Assembly: GCF_018350175.1 (NCBI RefSeq)
Contig: NC_058368.1
Span: forward strand, 50,779,815 to 50,843,814
Direction: 5' to 3'
From: Felis catus
Taxonomy: Eukaryota
Length of the DNA: 64,000 nt
Shown here: piece by piece, positions 1-13,354 of the stretch
Layout of the letters: every line of letters begins with the position of its first letter
Numbering within the stretch: the stretch's first letter is position 1
Program-made: the position numbers and the translations under genes
The notes under the pieces: generated by a model
What the model saw: the letters and a program-made list of their open reading frames with translations, nothing else
What the model was told of the DNA's origin: nothing
Databases searched by the model: none

Positions 1-61
1 CAGCCTGGACTCAAGAAACATCCTCCTTATTAGTTTCCTTAGAACCAATTTTTAAGTACAT

Positions 62-120
62 CTAGATAGATAGGTAGATAGATAGACAGATATAGATACA
101 GATATAGATAGATAGATAGA
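62..120. repeat. (GATA)n-type compound microsatellite
   Basis: Direct: tagataga taggtagata gatagacaga ... gatagataga. Confidence 0.9.
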
Positions 121-149
121 TGGATGTAGCAAGAACCACTTCCTTAGAC

Positions 150-860
150 TATTCATCTATTCATTTACCTCTCATTAATGTATGCATTTATTAATTTAAT
201 AATCCACCACTTATTTATATGTTAAGGGCCCTGATTGGTACCTAGAGAAATGGGGTTATTGTTTAAAAGACGTGCTTGGGAGCCCTAGAGGATCTCCAGT
301 TTATAGTGCTGGAGAGAGATGTAAACAAACTATTACAAAAGAACATGATAAGGAGTGAAATGGATGTATTCCCAGGGATTAGGAGAGTCCCGTACAAGAA
401 ATACAGACTTGTACCTGCTTTGGTCACCATTATATTCCAGCACCTGGAACACTGTCTGAGAATGGGGGCATTTGGCAAATATATGGTGAATGCATGGATG
501 GGTGGATGAATGGTAGGGTCAAAGATGGCTCTTTACAAGAAAAATAAATTCATTTGTAGATTGAAGACTATCAAAGTATATATGAAACAGATACTCCCAT
601 GTGGATAGCTCAGTATAGACAAATGAAATAGCAGCGTATTCAGGGCACAGGCAAGTAAGTCAGTATGATAGAAAGAGCTTTTGGTGAAATAGCAAGAAAT
701 GAGATGGGGAGGTTAAAAAAAACCTAGAACATACATCGCTAAGAAATACGGTCTTGGCGAGTAATAAAAAGCACAAAGGTTTTAAGCAGGAATTGACATG
801 ATCTGATTTGCTAAGTGAGAGGATGAAGCCACAGGGAAGCAAAGACTTTGGGAGTGGCAA
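150..860. mobile_element. Degraded L2 LINE fragments (minus ~150-360 and ~640-860; plus-strand 3' end ~400-512)
   Basis: L2-like 3' end 'ccagcacctggaacactgtctg...ggcaaatatatggtgaatgcatggatg' and antisense 'attcatctattcatt' start; recalled consensus. Confidence 0.55.
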
Positions 861-959
861 CAGAGTGGTTGAAATTACAGACTCTTGGATCCAGATTGGT
901 AAAGTATACGCTTTCTCCTTTTAGAATTCCATAGGGATTGGAATAACCTTGAAAGGAAT

Positions 960-1197
960 TACAGCACAGTGGCTAAGATCAATCATACTGAAGCCAGACC
1001 GCATAGGCTTAAATCCTCCCTCTGCCACTTACTGGCTGTGTGACCTTGAACATGTCGCGGAACCTCTCTGGGCCTCAGTTTTCTCATCTGAAAATGGAGA
1101 TGACAATCATGGTGCTTGCATCATAAAGTCGTTTATTATGAGGATTAAATGAGTTAGTTTGTAAAGTGCTTAGAAAAGTGGCAATAGTGTTCGTTAA
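960..1197 (+). mobile_element. MIR SINE
   Basis: MIR core 'tctgccacttactggctgtgtgaccttg...ggcctcagttttctcatctgaaaatggagatg'. Confidence 0.9.
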
Positions 1198-1449
1198 ATT
1201 AAAACCTTATATATTGATTCACAACTATTTTGTCTAAAATTATGCATACGTGTTTTAATTTTCTGTCTTCATTTCTGTAAAACTGTACATATATACTCTT
1301 TATTTTCTGTGAATTGAAAGTTTTCTAATTTTCCCTCTAAGATGATAAATATTTGATTCTAAAGTGATAAACCAGTAACGATAAATCAGCCAATAGAACT
1401 TGCAAAACTTTGGAGTCTGAAAATCGTATTAAATACTTCCTCCTCACCA

Positions 1450-2330
1450 CACATGTCAAAGATCTAGAGAGAATTTGTGAGAAAGATCTCGTGGAAAGTG
1501 TTAGTGCTGTGCAGCGAATTACCCACCACCATCCAGGAGGAGGAATGGGGTGAGCTACCTCCTTTTCCTCAACTTCCACGGGACCACCTGGAGAGCTTCG
1601 ACTGTGTTCCCTACAGTTGACAGATTTCACTAACTTCTTGAGTTTGGATCCTTCCCGAGAATTGGAAAGAGACAGAAGACAGGCTGGCCGGCTCTGCTAG
1701 CAGCAGAAGTGAGCAAAGGGGCTGTGATCTTGAGTTCGAAGAATGGGTCAGGGCAAAGGCAAGATGACTAGTTCCCAGGCTCAGGACAGAGGCCACAGAT
1801 AGGAAAGGGCCACAGTGGAGCCTCTGCAGAGGGAAGCTCAAGTTTCCTAGCAACTGTGGAAGGAGAGAAAATGAGGAGACAGAGCAGTGTTCCTCCTGTG
1901 CATCTGGGAAACTGCCAGTAAAAGATCTCTGGCAAAGGGGAGGGGGCCCCTTTCTAACCCACAAAGTGAGTTTGAACCTAGGCCTGTCTCAGACCTGGCA
2001 TGAAGATGGTTTATGGGAACAAGAACTTGCCCATCCCCCATACAGTCCCTCGCTCCACACATTCTAACTCGGCTGGATATGGACATGGGGTTACTGAGAT
2101 GGGGAAGAGAATCAAGTGGGAGGTAGCCCATGTCCCCCCTTCCCACCCAGCAGAAGTTGGAAGCATTAACTACTAGATATAAGACTGGACATTTTAAGCA
2201 CCAAAATGAGACAATTTTGTTACATAAAGTGATCTTAATCATTGGCAGGTATTCTGCAAAGTCCTGTAACTGTCCTGTTTCATGCACAGGCAGGGGAAAG
2301 ATCTAGCTCATGCAGCACGAGACCAGGGAG
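1450..2330 (+). mobile_element. Possible ancient LTR remnant (MamGyp/LTR-like)
   Basis: Purine-rich LTR-like composition and 'gactggacattttaa...aatgagac' motif; family assignment uncertain. Confidence 0.3.
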
Positions 2331-3021
2331 AGATGGGAGTATATTTGCTCTGTGAACTGAATCCTACAAACTGAACTTCTTCAGGGTACTGGGTACAATT
2401 TTTTTGATTCTGTCTTGTGTTTTAGCCATTCGCACATTGCACTCCAGACCAACCAACTCACTCTATCCGCCAGTCAGTGATTTTATTTCTAGACATTTTC
2501 TCATGCGTTCTCTCCCAATGGACATGAAAGCACTCATCACATTCAGGACTTCTAACAAATACCCCATTATTCTAGTGTTGCCAACAAACCCTGAGATCAG
2601 TGGTTCTCCACCTACCACCTTGGATAGATTTCAGAGAGTCTGAAATTGTCCCCCAATAGTTGGATGAATGTGCAGCTGTACATATTTTCTGGTGGCAGAA
2701 TTGATAGCTTTTGCCAAATTCTCAAACAAAGACTAGAAGGAAAACAGAAGGTAGAGAAAATCTGTCTTCATTCATACTTCTCTTATAGCTAAGTTAGAGA
2801 TATTCGTGTCCGGGTCTGCACAAAATTATGAAGGAAGTACAGTTTACTTCTCTGAACTTACTATCACTAAGCGTTCACTGTTCTTTCTTCCTGCTTTTTG
2901 TCTCTCTAGTAAGTATTAGTACGGGGCATATATTCCTTAAGTTACTGATGTACCTCTTCCCCAGAAATCTCACGTAAGCATTTGGTTCTCACAGATCACG
3001 TTTATGATGTAGTACACAGGA

Positions 3022-3238
3022 GGGGCACCTGGGCAGCTCAGTCGGTTGGGCATCCAACTTTGGCTCAGGTCTTGACCTCACGGTTCTAGGGTTCAAGTCC
3101 CGTGTCAGGCTCTGCACTGGCAACTCAGAGCCTGGAGCCTGCTTCAGATTCTGTGTCTCCCTCTCTCTCTGCCCCTCCCTGCTCGTGCTCTCTCTCCCTC
3201 TCTCTTCCAAAAATAAATAAATAAACATTAAAAAAAAT
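3022..3238 (+). mobile_element. Can-SINE (feliform)
   Basis: GGGGCACCTGG head, CT-rich tract, AATAAA/A tail; TSD atgtagta(ca/tg)cagga at 3007-3021 and 3239-3253. Confidence 0.97.
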
Positions 3239-3574
3239 ATGTAGTATGCAGGAGGGGAAACTTTCTTGGGTGCTGGTGGAGATTTCTTAACCCCTGACAT
3301 CACATTATGCAGACTGTGTGTAATGGCAATGTACAAAATATATTTATATTTCAGGTGTTATTACAAACACACATGCACATCAAGTTTTTAAATTTATATG
3401 TGTTCTTGTCCATTTCCTCAAGAATCATACATGGTGTTCAGTACAGAGTTTCTGAGTAAATGCTTGATTATGGGGATGGTGGTTCGTTTCCAGAAATTGA
3501 GCCTAATGAATGGCAGTGATTGATCCCCACTGGTGATGGATCCCTCCATTTCTCCCTCTCTCCTGGTTCCTTTA

Positions 3575-3781
3575 CTTATTTTTTAATGTTTATTTTTGAG
3601 AGAGACAGAGACAGAGCACCAGTGGGGAGGGGCAGAGAGAAAGGGAGACACAGAATCCGAGGCAGGTCCAGGCTTGGAGCTATCAGCACAGAGTCCGACG
3701 CAGGGCTCAAACCCATAAACCGGGAGATCGTGACCCGAGCCAAACTCAGATGCTCAACCAAGTGAGCCACCCAGGTATCCC
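3575..3781 (-). mobile_element. Can-SINE
   Basis: Antisense copy; perfect 16-bp TSD tctcctggttccttta at 3559-3574 and 3782-3797. Confidence 0.97.
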
Positions 3782-5099
3782 TCTCCTGGTTCCTTTAAGT
3801 TGTTATTCTGAAACTTCCTTCCTCTCTTCTTCATTTTGCCCTTCTCTACGATTCTAATTGTTTTTCAGAGTTGGCAGCTCTCATCCGTGGTGGCCTTTGG
3901 CTGTAAATCAAAATTATAACAGTGCTCAAGGTGCTTCATGCTCAATTTCTGACCCTTTTCCCCCACAGAAAAACAAAAGAGGTGACTTCCTCTCATTTAA
4001 TAAGCACCATCTGAATCTCTTAGCTTCAATTCATAATTTTACATTAATGCCAATAAATATCTGTTAATGTGGGTGAGGGTTTCTGGAGGGAACAGAGTAG
4101 AAATCTCAAGTGATTATTTATAGATTTCCAGATGTTTTTCTGACTCCTTGGCCTCCTTGCGGGGTGTAAGGTTACAGCACTGATGTGGCCCACTTCCCAG
4201 TAGTACAGGTCCCCTCCTCTCATGGAGAAAAATATCCCTTCTGCTCCACTGAAGATTCCTTCCAAATCCACAAATCGATGTTTCACACGGACAAGGTATG
4301 GAGAAAATGGAGAAAGAAAAGAAACCAGGAAGAAAGTAGAGAAAAGTTGGATTTGAATTGTGAATCAAATTCTGAGTCCTCAACTTAATTTGTAGAAAGT
4401 GTCCCTTTGATCTGTTAAAATCAATGTTTTAAAAATGGTAACTGGAGGAAGTGCAGGAATTAGTATCTTATCACTAGCTAGGTAACAGATTGATAGGATT
4501 GGTTTGCGGACCACAAGACTGAGTGAACAGAAGTGGTAAAACCAAGACTTTCACCCTGACTCAATGTCCTATAGGACTTGGCGTATTGGAGAAGTGCGGC
4601 CACTGAGGTATATGGCTGTGCGCAGCCCCACAGCTGGGGTCAGGCTCTGTCTTTTTCCCCGGCCCCCTGCTTTTTGGTTGGTATAGACCTTTTCCTTGCC
4701 TCTGGGGGAGAGCCCTTAGTGCAAATCGGCCTGGTCTCCTCCCTGCCTGGCCTCTAGACTGATCATCTTTCTATACTTTCTGAATACTTGAACTCTGGAC
4801 TAGTTTTCTTTCTGTCTAAATGGTATTTTTATACACGGTGTTGGCTAAGGTTCAAGGATTCATTTTTTCCTATAAAGATACCTAGTTGTTCAACCACAAT
4901 GGTTGAAAGAGAAGCTCTTGTTTTCCCAAAAGGAATATACATGTTTTGCTTTTAGTTTCAATAATACATGAACTTTGCACAAAATTCAGTGCTATAGAGA
5001 AAGTTGACCCCCTAACATCTGTCTTGCAAGAGATAGCCACTGTCAATGTTTTTCATATATGCTACAGACTGCATTATTTATATATTTATTTATATAATG

Positions 5100-5157
5100 C
5101 GTGTACACAAACACACACATAGGCACACACATGCGCACACACACATACACACACATG
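5100..5157. repeat. Imperfect (CA)n microsatellite
   Basis: Direct. Confidence 0.8.
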
Positions 5158-5166
5158 CAAGACAAT

Positions 5167-5370
5167 ATTGCCTAGTGGTTATAGAATCCAGAGACAAGTT
5201 GTTCAGATTCAAATCTCACCTGTAAACTTGCAAGTAACTTAATCTCCCTGAGCTTCTCTTTTCCTATCTGTCATCGAGAAAATAATACCTACTTCCTAAG
5301 GTTGTTTTTAGGAAAAGCCCTTTGGAAATGCCTAATACATGGTAAAGAATGTGTTAGTATTAGCTATTAT
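5167..5370 (+). mobile_element. MIR SINE (degraded)
   Basis: 'caagtaacttaatctccctgagcttctcttttcctatctgt...aataatacctacttcctaaggttg'. Confidence 0.75.
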
Positions 5371-5927
5371 GCTATAAGATGTTCTTTAACTGCTTTGTCA
5401 CTTATTAATAATTCGTAGAACTCTTCCCATAATATTTTAGGGGTATTTGTCTTATTTTTTAAAATACCTATTCTGTCCTATATCTTACCCTATTCTATTT
5501 CTTCTAAAAAGCCTATTCCATATTTTATTCAGGGTCCATCTCTAGCATTTAGGTGCAGCATCGAGAGCAACACCATATTGTCTTAATTACTATGCCTTTT
5601 TACGATGTTTTAATACCACACATTTTTTTTAACATTTAAGTATTCTAATATAGTATTTCTTTCCTTTGCAATTGTGTTCATCATTTTTCTTTTTAGTGAT
5701 TATATCCTAGGCAAAGATTTGGTAAATATTAATTAATATTTTCTTCATTATGAGAATACATTTTAAGTTTATTAGGAAAAATGTATACCAGCATTAAGTT
5801 TCTAAATATTCCAACTACATACTATTTGAAAGAAGTACCTAAAACCAAATGCTTCAGAAATTTAAAAATAAAAGGAAAGAAGAATGTATGTTTTTGTTTT
5901 GTTTTGTTTTGTTTTTTAATTAGCAGA

Positions 5928-6170
5928 GGGGCACCTGGGTGGCTCAGTCAGTTGAGCATCCAACTCTTGATTTCAGCTCAGGTCATGATGCCAGGATTGT
6001 GGGATCAAGCCCTGCATCAGACCCTGCGCTGAGCATGGAGCCTGCTTAGGATTCTCTCTCTCTCCCCATCTCTCTCTTTCCCTCTGCCCCTCTCCCCTGC
6101 TCATGCTCTCTCTTTCTCTTTCTAAAAAAATAATAAATAAACAGATAGATAGATAGATAGATAGATAGAT
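5928..6170 (+). mobile_element. Can-SINE with (GATA)n-expanded tail
   Basis: GGGGCACCTGGGTGGCTCAG head; tail aataaataaa then (gata)n; short TSD attagcag. Confidence 0.95.
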
Positions 6171-7372
6171 ATTAGCAGTGAATAAAGTGAAATTGATGCT
6201 GAATTCATTGAGTAGGATGAAGAGAATAATTTTATGTCAATAAATGCCTCTAATATACAATAAGAGTAAAATAAATTGGATCATGTGGAGCACTTATATA
6301 GAGATGGAAAAAGAAAACAATTCTCCAAAGGGAAGGAAGGGGGGTAGTAAATATATGGCCACTGAAAGAATCAGTATGAGTTTTCTAGCCAGTTGAATTG
6401 GTGCCTAATCATGATAGCTACTTCACATGTTACCAGAATTCAAGGCGGGAATGTGCTGTTGCGAAGAGTAACGTGATGTATAAAATCCCCAATCACTATT
6501 CCTCCCTGTGTGATATTCTTGGAAATTAAAAAAAAAATACACACACTCAGGAAAAGATTTCAGAAGAGAGAAGAAGACTGCTTTGCCTGGGAAAAAAAAA
6601 AATGGAGCTGCTTTTCTATAATTCCTTGTGATTTGAGAGCAAATCACCAGCTGTTCAAAGTCTGAAAATGAAGAACCTCCAGGAATGTCCTCGGCCTGTC
6701 GGGAGGATGATGGCTCAGCAGTGCTGCTCGCAGACCAGGAGACCTCTGTCTGCTTTGCAACCTTCCCCAAAGTCTAGAAATGGTATGAACATAAAACCAG
6801 TGACAGCACATGGTCAGGCCTTTACTGAGGAAATGTGGGTGTGCGTACTAGCTGGTGTTCTTGGTAACTAAATGTCTTTGGAAATCATTCCCCAAGAGTT
6901 CTAAGAAGAGATTGGGTCATTCTCTTATCTTTTCCATGTGGCAACATTCCCAAGGGTGCTATGAGAGAAGAAGTATTATAGTAAAAGTAATTTTCTAAAC
7001 AATACTCTGAAGGACATCAGGGCAAGGGCATACTTAACAAAAGTGTTTCTTGCCTTCTAATGTAAAGTTGAAATTTAGGCCTATATTTTCAGGATGGCTT
7101 AATAGGGAAAGACCTATAGTCTTACAGAGTACAGAATGCACTCAAATGTCCTCCCCCCCCCCCCCTTTCCAATAAGAAAGCAAAACTCCAGCCTGATGGA
7201 ACAGTTAAATTTGAAAACAGACTATTTTTAAATGGAGCTTTCCTTCTTCATTACCCTGCTAATGAAAAACAGTAAGCAGAGGTAACCACAATTTGTATGT
7301 AGAAGATAATTAAAATGTTCATGGACTCATACTACATCCAGTAAATATGCTTTTAAATATTTTACTTATTTC

Positions 7373-7374
7373 TT

Positions 7375-7406
<32 letters not shown>

Positions 7407-7410
7407 TCTC
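7373..7410. repeat. (CT)n microsatellite
   Basis: Direct. Confidence 0.9.
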
Positions 7411-9614
7411 TTTTGCCTTTCTCCTTTGGAAAAAATCAATTTCCAATTACTGAACCCATATTTAGGAAAATTCAATTAATCTATATATAGTTTGGATGCA
7501 GTAGGAGAACCCCCACCCTGGAGAGATTTGAATGCTAAAGCCATTTAGGAGAAAAGTCTCCATTTAGTTTCTCTTTAAATATAAGTCTTTATGTTTACCA
7601 TGACTGATGAGCTTTTTATTGAAAAGGCGGGTGCTTCCAGGTAAGGAAATTCCACATAAAGTCACAGAAATCTGAGAAGGGAGGTTGAAAGCAGGGAACT
7701 GAATGAGGAAGGTAATATCAGAGTCCCCTACTGATGAAAACGTGCCCAGGAATCACCTGTTTAGATGCTCAGAATCCCGCAACCCTGGAGTGTCCCGGGA
7801 GCAACAGTTACAAATCCAGTCCAAAACAGAGTAAATTAGTAACCCTTAGTGCAAATAACGCCAGCGGAAGAATTAACATAACTTGAGCCAAACTGTTGTG
7901 CTTTCAGCAAACTGGCAAAAATCAAGACTGCCCCTCACATGCAAACCAGACAACTTCCTCTTGCCTCTTGATAAATGTGCAATAACTTAAAGCTCACAAA
8001 ACCACATATCAGTATTGAGATAAGCAAACTTTCTAACCTAAAGTGTCTACAGTTGCACCTTTAAAGACAGACTTCAAGATTTGCTGGGGTTTTTCCCCCC
8101 CTTTTTTAGTTATCACTATGAAACAGAAAACGTTTGCTGAGTTAAAGGTACTGTATGTGACTTCATCTCATTAGTCATCTCAGCACCTGCCTCATCCGAT
8201 GTCAGCACAGGATTCTGCTCTTCCTCGCCCTTTCATCTGCGCCAGAATTTCAGCCAACAATCAAGAACACAACGTGGTTCTTGGCAACCCCAAGGCCCAG
8301 ATGCTGAATAATTTTTTTACAGTTAACTCATTACTAATGGTATTCTCATACCCACACTTTTGAGGCAGCCTGTGACCGTGAAACCCGCTCACAGATAGTT
8401 AATTATTGTCTTTCCAAATTCATAAAGTTGCAGCAGAAGTAGCTGCATGCAGGAAGAGTTGAGATCACGCTGACTACGGAGCTTACATGGTGAGACTCCC
8501 AACTCGGTGCTTTTATGGCAAACAGGTGATTATTTCTCAAGTACGTATGCCATGAGCACTCATGTAAGCAATGCTCTGCTTCTTGAGAGAAATAAAATAT
8601 TTTCTCTAGAACTGAAACTTCTTTAGAACAGCAAGTAAAAAGCAATCATGTTTTTGAGCTATCGTTCCTCGTTTGTTTATTCTTCTAACTGGGTTTACGA
8701 TGCTACCTTAAGCGAGTGAATTAAAATGCTTTATGCTTCCATAATACCTTCGTTTCAATGACTTTAAAGTGGGAACATACTGTGCCCTGACAACCTACAG
8801 AGGCAGAGTAATATAAGTAAATGATTACTCGGTCTGAAAGGCAAACTGAGGCAAAGGGAGAATTTAATCAGTGCTACACATTAACTTGGAGGACTCTTCA
8901 TAATTATTGCAATTAAGACATTTTACCCTCCCAACAAGATGACAAATACTGTAGTAACTGCTGATAACTCAGTGCAGCCTCTCTCCCTTTGGTGTCTGGA
9001 ATGCAGCACCAGAACTCTCCACAGCACAGCCCCCGGGGCACCGACGCAGCCCCAACAAGCCACGGGACCTGGCAATTGCACCGGGACCTATTTGCTCTCT
9101 CCCTGTCGTGTTCGTGCCCACAAAAAAGGAGGGTGCCATGATTTTCAATTGTTCAGACACCTGTTTATGATCGGCCACTAGACAATACCTATGAATTGAC
9201 ACTCATCCATGATGTTTATTTTTTAATTGATTTGAGGGATCTGAAAACAATTGAATTGTTGGAACTGTCAGATATAACATAAGTGATATATTCCCAATGT
9301 CTCTGTGACCAAGATCAAAACAGAGCCAAGGAGCCTTTTCTTCTGTTGTGACTTAAAGCATTTAATGGTTCAAATGGTGAGTCTTAAGTGACTCTCTCGT
9401 TACTGCTTTCTTTCTCTTTTATGACTGTCAGTGTCCCAGAAATAATTGAGCAGATCATTGGATGAATTCGATGAGCTCCCTTAGTTGTGTAGTGCATCAG
9501 AATAGCTTCTACCTCCCTCTTCCTTGCTTATCCCAATTTAGCATCATCAATATTTTTAATAGTGAGTCTGTGAGTAACTCTATAGAGCTATTACTTCAAA
9601 GTCTCGGGCTATGA

Positions 9615-9828
9615 TAGTAGTATGGTCTAGGGCAGCCTCCAGGACCCGACTACTTGGGTCTGAATTCTGCTGTCGCTTAACAGCTGTGTAAACAAATTAC
9701 CTAATGGAGATAATAATAGTACACATCTTGTTGGGTTGTTCTGAGAATTAATTGTATTAATATGTGTAAAGAGTTTCGAAGAGCCTGGCACATAGTAAGC
9801 ACCACGGAAGTGCTAGCTATTATTAGTT
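9615..9828 (+). mobile_element. MIR SINE
   Basis: 'aatggagataataatagtacacatcttgttgggttgttctgagaatt...gcctggcacatagtaagcac'. Confidence 0.85.
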
Positions 9829-10151
9829 TGCACCTCTAATTCCACTCACTTCTAGCCTCTCACCAGAGAACCACCAATCGTAAGGAACAGTTGCTCACAC
9901 TCAAGGAGAATGTGGAAATGGATCAATGATGAAAATAAATCCACCCCCACTTGCAGAACAATAGAATAACCTATTTAGTGATGGTGACCTGAAGCATTGC
10001 CATTACTTGCACATGTACGTTTGCACACTTACATTAATCGTGCATATGTATGTTCACATTTTGATGAAGATAGAACTTGACAAGTAGGAGCTAAAATGCC
10101 AATTAAATTTTTTAAACATCTGTCTTCATAGAAAAATTTTTTAAATCTATC

Positions 10152-10173
10152 TTTTTTAGAAGTTTATTTATTT

Positions 10174-10212
<39 letters not shown>

Positions 10213-10364
10213 ATGAATGGGGGAGGGGCAGAGAGAATCCCAAGAAGGCTCCACGCTATCAGCACAGAGCCTGACACAGGGCTCAAATTCACAAACTGTG
10301 AGATCAAGACCTGAGCTGAAGTCCAGAGTCCGTTGCTTAACCAACTGAGCCACCCAGACGTCCC
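10152..10364 (-). mobile_element. Can-SINE
   Basis: Antisense copy ending 'ctgagccacccagacgtccc'; (GA)n tract. Confidence 0.95.
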
Positions 10365-11101
10365 AACAATTCTAACTTTTAAATCTGGGTAGAAAAACCA
10401 TTTTTAAAATGGTTTGCATTTTTGCATATGTGCAAGTGATATATTTTGCATGTATACATTTATATGTATGCAAAATATTTGCATCGTCTTTGTACATGTC
10501 ACAGTAATCATGATTCTTTCAATGTAATTTCATCAACATTTTTGGAATTAAACTTTTCAGTTTAAAATTTTCACTGAACTGAATTGTTTGTGAAATTATA
10601 GTCTGAATTTATGATTTATATAGCCTAGCCTCTTAAGAGCAACATCAAATTAGGAAGTGAAATAATACAATCTTTTTGAAATATACATAATCCACAAATG
10701 AAAGAAGAATTAAGGTTACAATGCCCGAATTGAAACAATATATACCATCCAGTTAACGTTTAGGAAAACTGGCTCACTTCACAACTAGTTATAATTCTAC
10801 GAGGGAATTGGTGACCCTATTTGATTTTCAAAATAGCCCTTGACCTAATTCCATTTATTTTAAACTACATTTTGAAAAGGGGACATTCTGAACAAAAAGA
10901 ATTAGCATTACACTATTTTCTAAAAGAAAAACAAACTACTGAAACAGTGATTTTTTTTTCCACACATGTACCAGTTTTTCAAAATTTAAGGTGTTTTTTA
11001 ATACTACATTTCCTAGTTAAAATGAATTCCATTAGTTTTGGGAAACGTAATGCCAAACTTAAAAATTATACAAGCATTATTCATCCAAGCCACCAAAGAT
11101 A

Positions 11102-11742
11102 GGTTAAAAAGAGGGGGCGCCTGTGTAACTCAGTTGGTTGAGTGTCCAACTTCAGCTCAGGTCATGATCTCATGCTTCATGAGTTTGAGCCCCGCGTCGG
11201 GCTCTGTGCTGACAGCTCAGAGCCTAGAGCCTGCTTTGGATTCTCTGTCTCCCTCTTTCTCTGCTCCTAACCCACTTGCATTCTGTCTCTGTCTGTCTCA
11301 AAAATAAATAAACATTAAAGAAATTAAAAAATAAAAAAAAGAAATAACGAACCTAAAATGGAAGTCACTTGTGCTAAGCCCAAGATTTAATACGTATCCT
11401 AACTTCAGAATCAACCTTCCTCAGAAATGCAGTTCTCACCCATCAGTCTGCAATTTTCTGATTGGGACCAATGCTGTAATCTGCCACACAAGTCCATTGA
11501 TCCCCCAAAGGAAGATGTGGTAATCCCACTAACAGACTCTTTGGTCCCACCAAGGAAGATGACTTCACCCAAAACAATTCTTTTTTTGTGACTTCCTTGT
11601 CCTACCTTTAAAAATCTTTCCCTTTCTGTAACCATTTAGAGTGGTTTTGTATTTCTAGGTGAGATGCTGCCTGATTCACAAATCCTTCAATAAAGTAATT
11701 AGATCTTTAAATTTAATTTCATTGCATTTTTGTTATTTAACA
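11102..11742 (+). mobile_element. ERV1-type solo LTR (MER34/CarLTR-like) interrupted near its 5' end by a SINE
   Basis: 'cctaaaatggaagtcacttgtgctaagcc' 5' motif, internal aaggaagatg repeats, AATAAA near 11689, 3' end '...tgttatttaaca'. Confidence 0.75.
11114..11335 (+). mobile_element. Can-SINE
   Basis: GGGGCGCCTG head, CT tract, A tail. Confidence 0.96.
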
Positions 11743-11844
11743 TATTTATACATAAAATTGTACAATATGGAGATTAAGTTTACTTTCCGTTATTTTAATT
11801 CTTCTAGTTACAGTTTTCATACACATTTAGAAGTACTTTCTTTG

Positions 11845-12022
11845 GGGGCGCCTGGATGGCTCAGTTGGTTAAGTGTCTGACTCTTGATTTTGGCTCAGGT
11901 CATGATCCCATGGTTCCTGAGATCAAGCCATCACGTCAGGCTCTGTGCCGACAGACAGGGGCTCTGCCCCTCCCCTGTTCATGCTCTCTCTCTCCCTCTC
12001 AAAATAAATAAACATTAAAAAA
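11845..12022 (+). mobile_element. Can-SINE (internally deleted)
   Basis: Head and tail present; degenerate TSD agaagtactttctttg/agaaatatttactttg. Confidence 0.93.
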
Positions 12023-12057
12023 AGAAATATTTACTTTGTTCTAATTCACATATTATC

Positions 12058-12220
12058 AGGAAGGAAGAATTTCCTCAGCTTTTCCAGGTCCTTTTGGCAA
12101 GACTAAGAATCAAATTGACATGAGAAAGATTAACAAGAGAAAATCAAATTTAATTTTGTATGTACATGGAATTCACACAGACATGAAAATTCCTAAGACA
12201 GTCAGGCAAAATGAGGTATC
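12058..12220 (-). mobile_element. ERV1-type LTR fragment
   Basis: 'ctaagaatcaaattgacatgagaaagattaacaagagaaaatcaaatttaattt' resembles a laurasiatherian ERV1 LTR end; recalled, not searched. Confidence 0.55.
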
Positions 12221-13354
12221 AATGAGATTATCCTATAGTTTTCATCAACTAAAAACCTTTCAAACTATATGATCTTTATCAGAAATAGACATATTTCTAT
12301 TAGTCATGCAGTCATACATGTATTTCAATTAAACAGAAATATATTTTATAAAAGCATTATACAATTTCACTTCTAGTTGGGGTGTTTTAATTTTGGAGGT
12401 TGTATTTAATGGGTTAATCTAATTTGTGATTTTTCCACTATCGCACCAAATAATCTGCATTCATTCATTTGATAGCTACAAACTAGGGTCATTGTTTTTC
12501 AACCTTGAGGTGGCAAAACAGCAGGACAACCAATTATTTTTCAAATGAAAAGTGCCTCATTAAATTAATATATCATAAAAGAATTCAAGTGCAAAGTGGA
12601 TTTTTACAAACATGTCATATATATTTAAAACCAAGACACCAAGTCATTTAGAGCATTCTGACAAACTAGAAAAATAAAATCTTTAAAAAACTGCTCATAG
12701 GATTTTCATACTTAAAATTAGGTTTCAAAGGCTTTTCATTTATCACTGTTTAGGTTGAAATACAGTGATTCCTTTGACTACAGTCTTAAAGTGAACTAAT
12801 TGGCAATTCCTTGGTTGGAGGCGAATGCCATGTTCTTAATCTCCCTATTCCTCAAGAGCCAGAGTTTGTTGGGAGTCCTTCTCCCTACAAACTTATCCTA
12901 AACCAGAAAACATTTACACAGCACCCAACTTCTTCCGATTTGACTTCATCTTCTTCATAACCTGTCAAATCACACTGTTGCCCAAAATGCAACTTTCTGT
13001 AATATCATTGTTCACATACTGGTCATTCTACCCACCTTGCCTCGTCTTTAAATTGTATTATCATACCATTAAAAATTGGTATGAAATGGAGAGAGATCTG
13101 TCCATGCCAGCTCAACACTCTTGAAAAGTCCCTCCCTACACCAGGCTTAGATTTCTTATGTTCTTGATATAAAAAGCTGCTACATTCAGGCGCTCAGGAA
13201 GATTTTTGAAGGTCCATATCTCTTTCTATTCAGAAGCCCATAGGGCCGGTCTGATTACCCTTCGTTTCTATACTATTGCCTCATGATTGATTCTCTCTCT
13301 CCACACACGTATTCTGCAGCCTCGACTCTCCCTCATCCCTGCTTCCATAATGCA

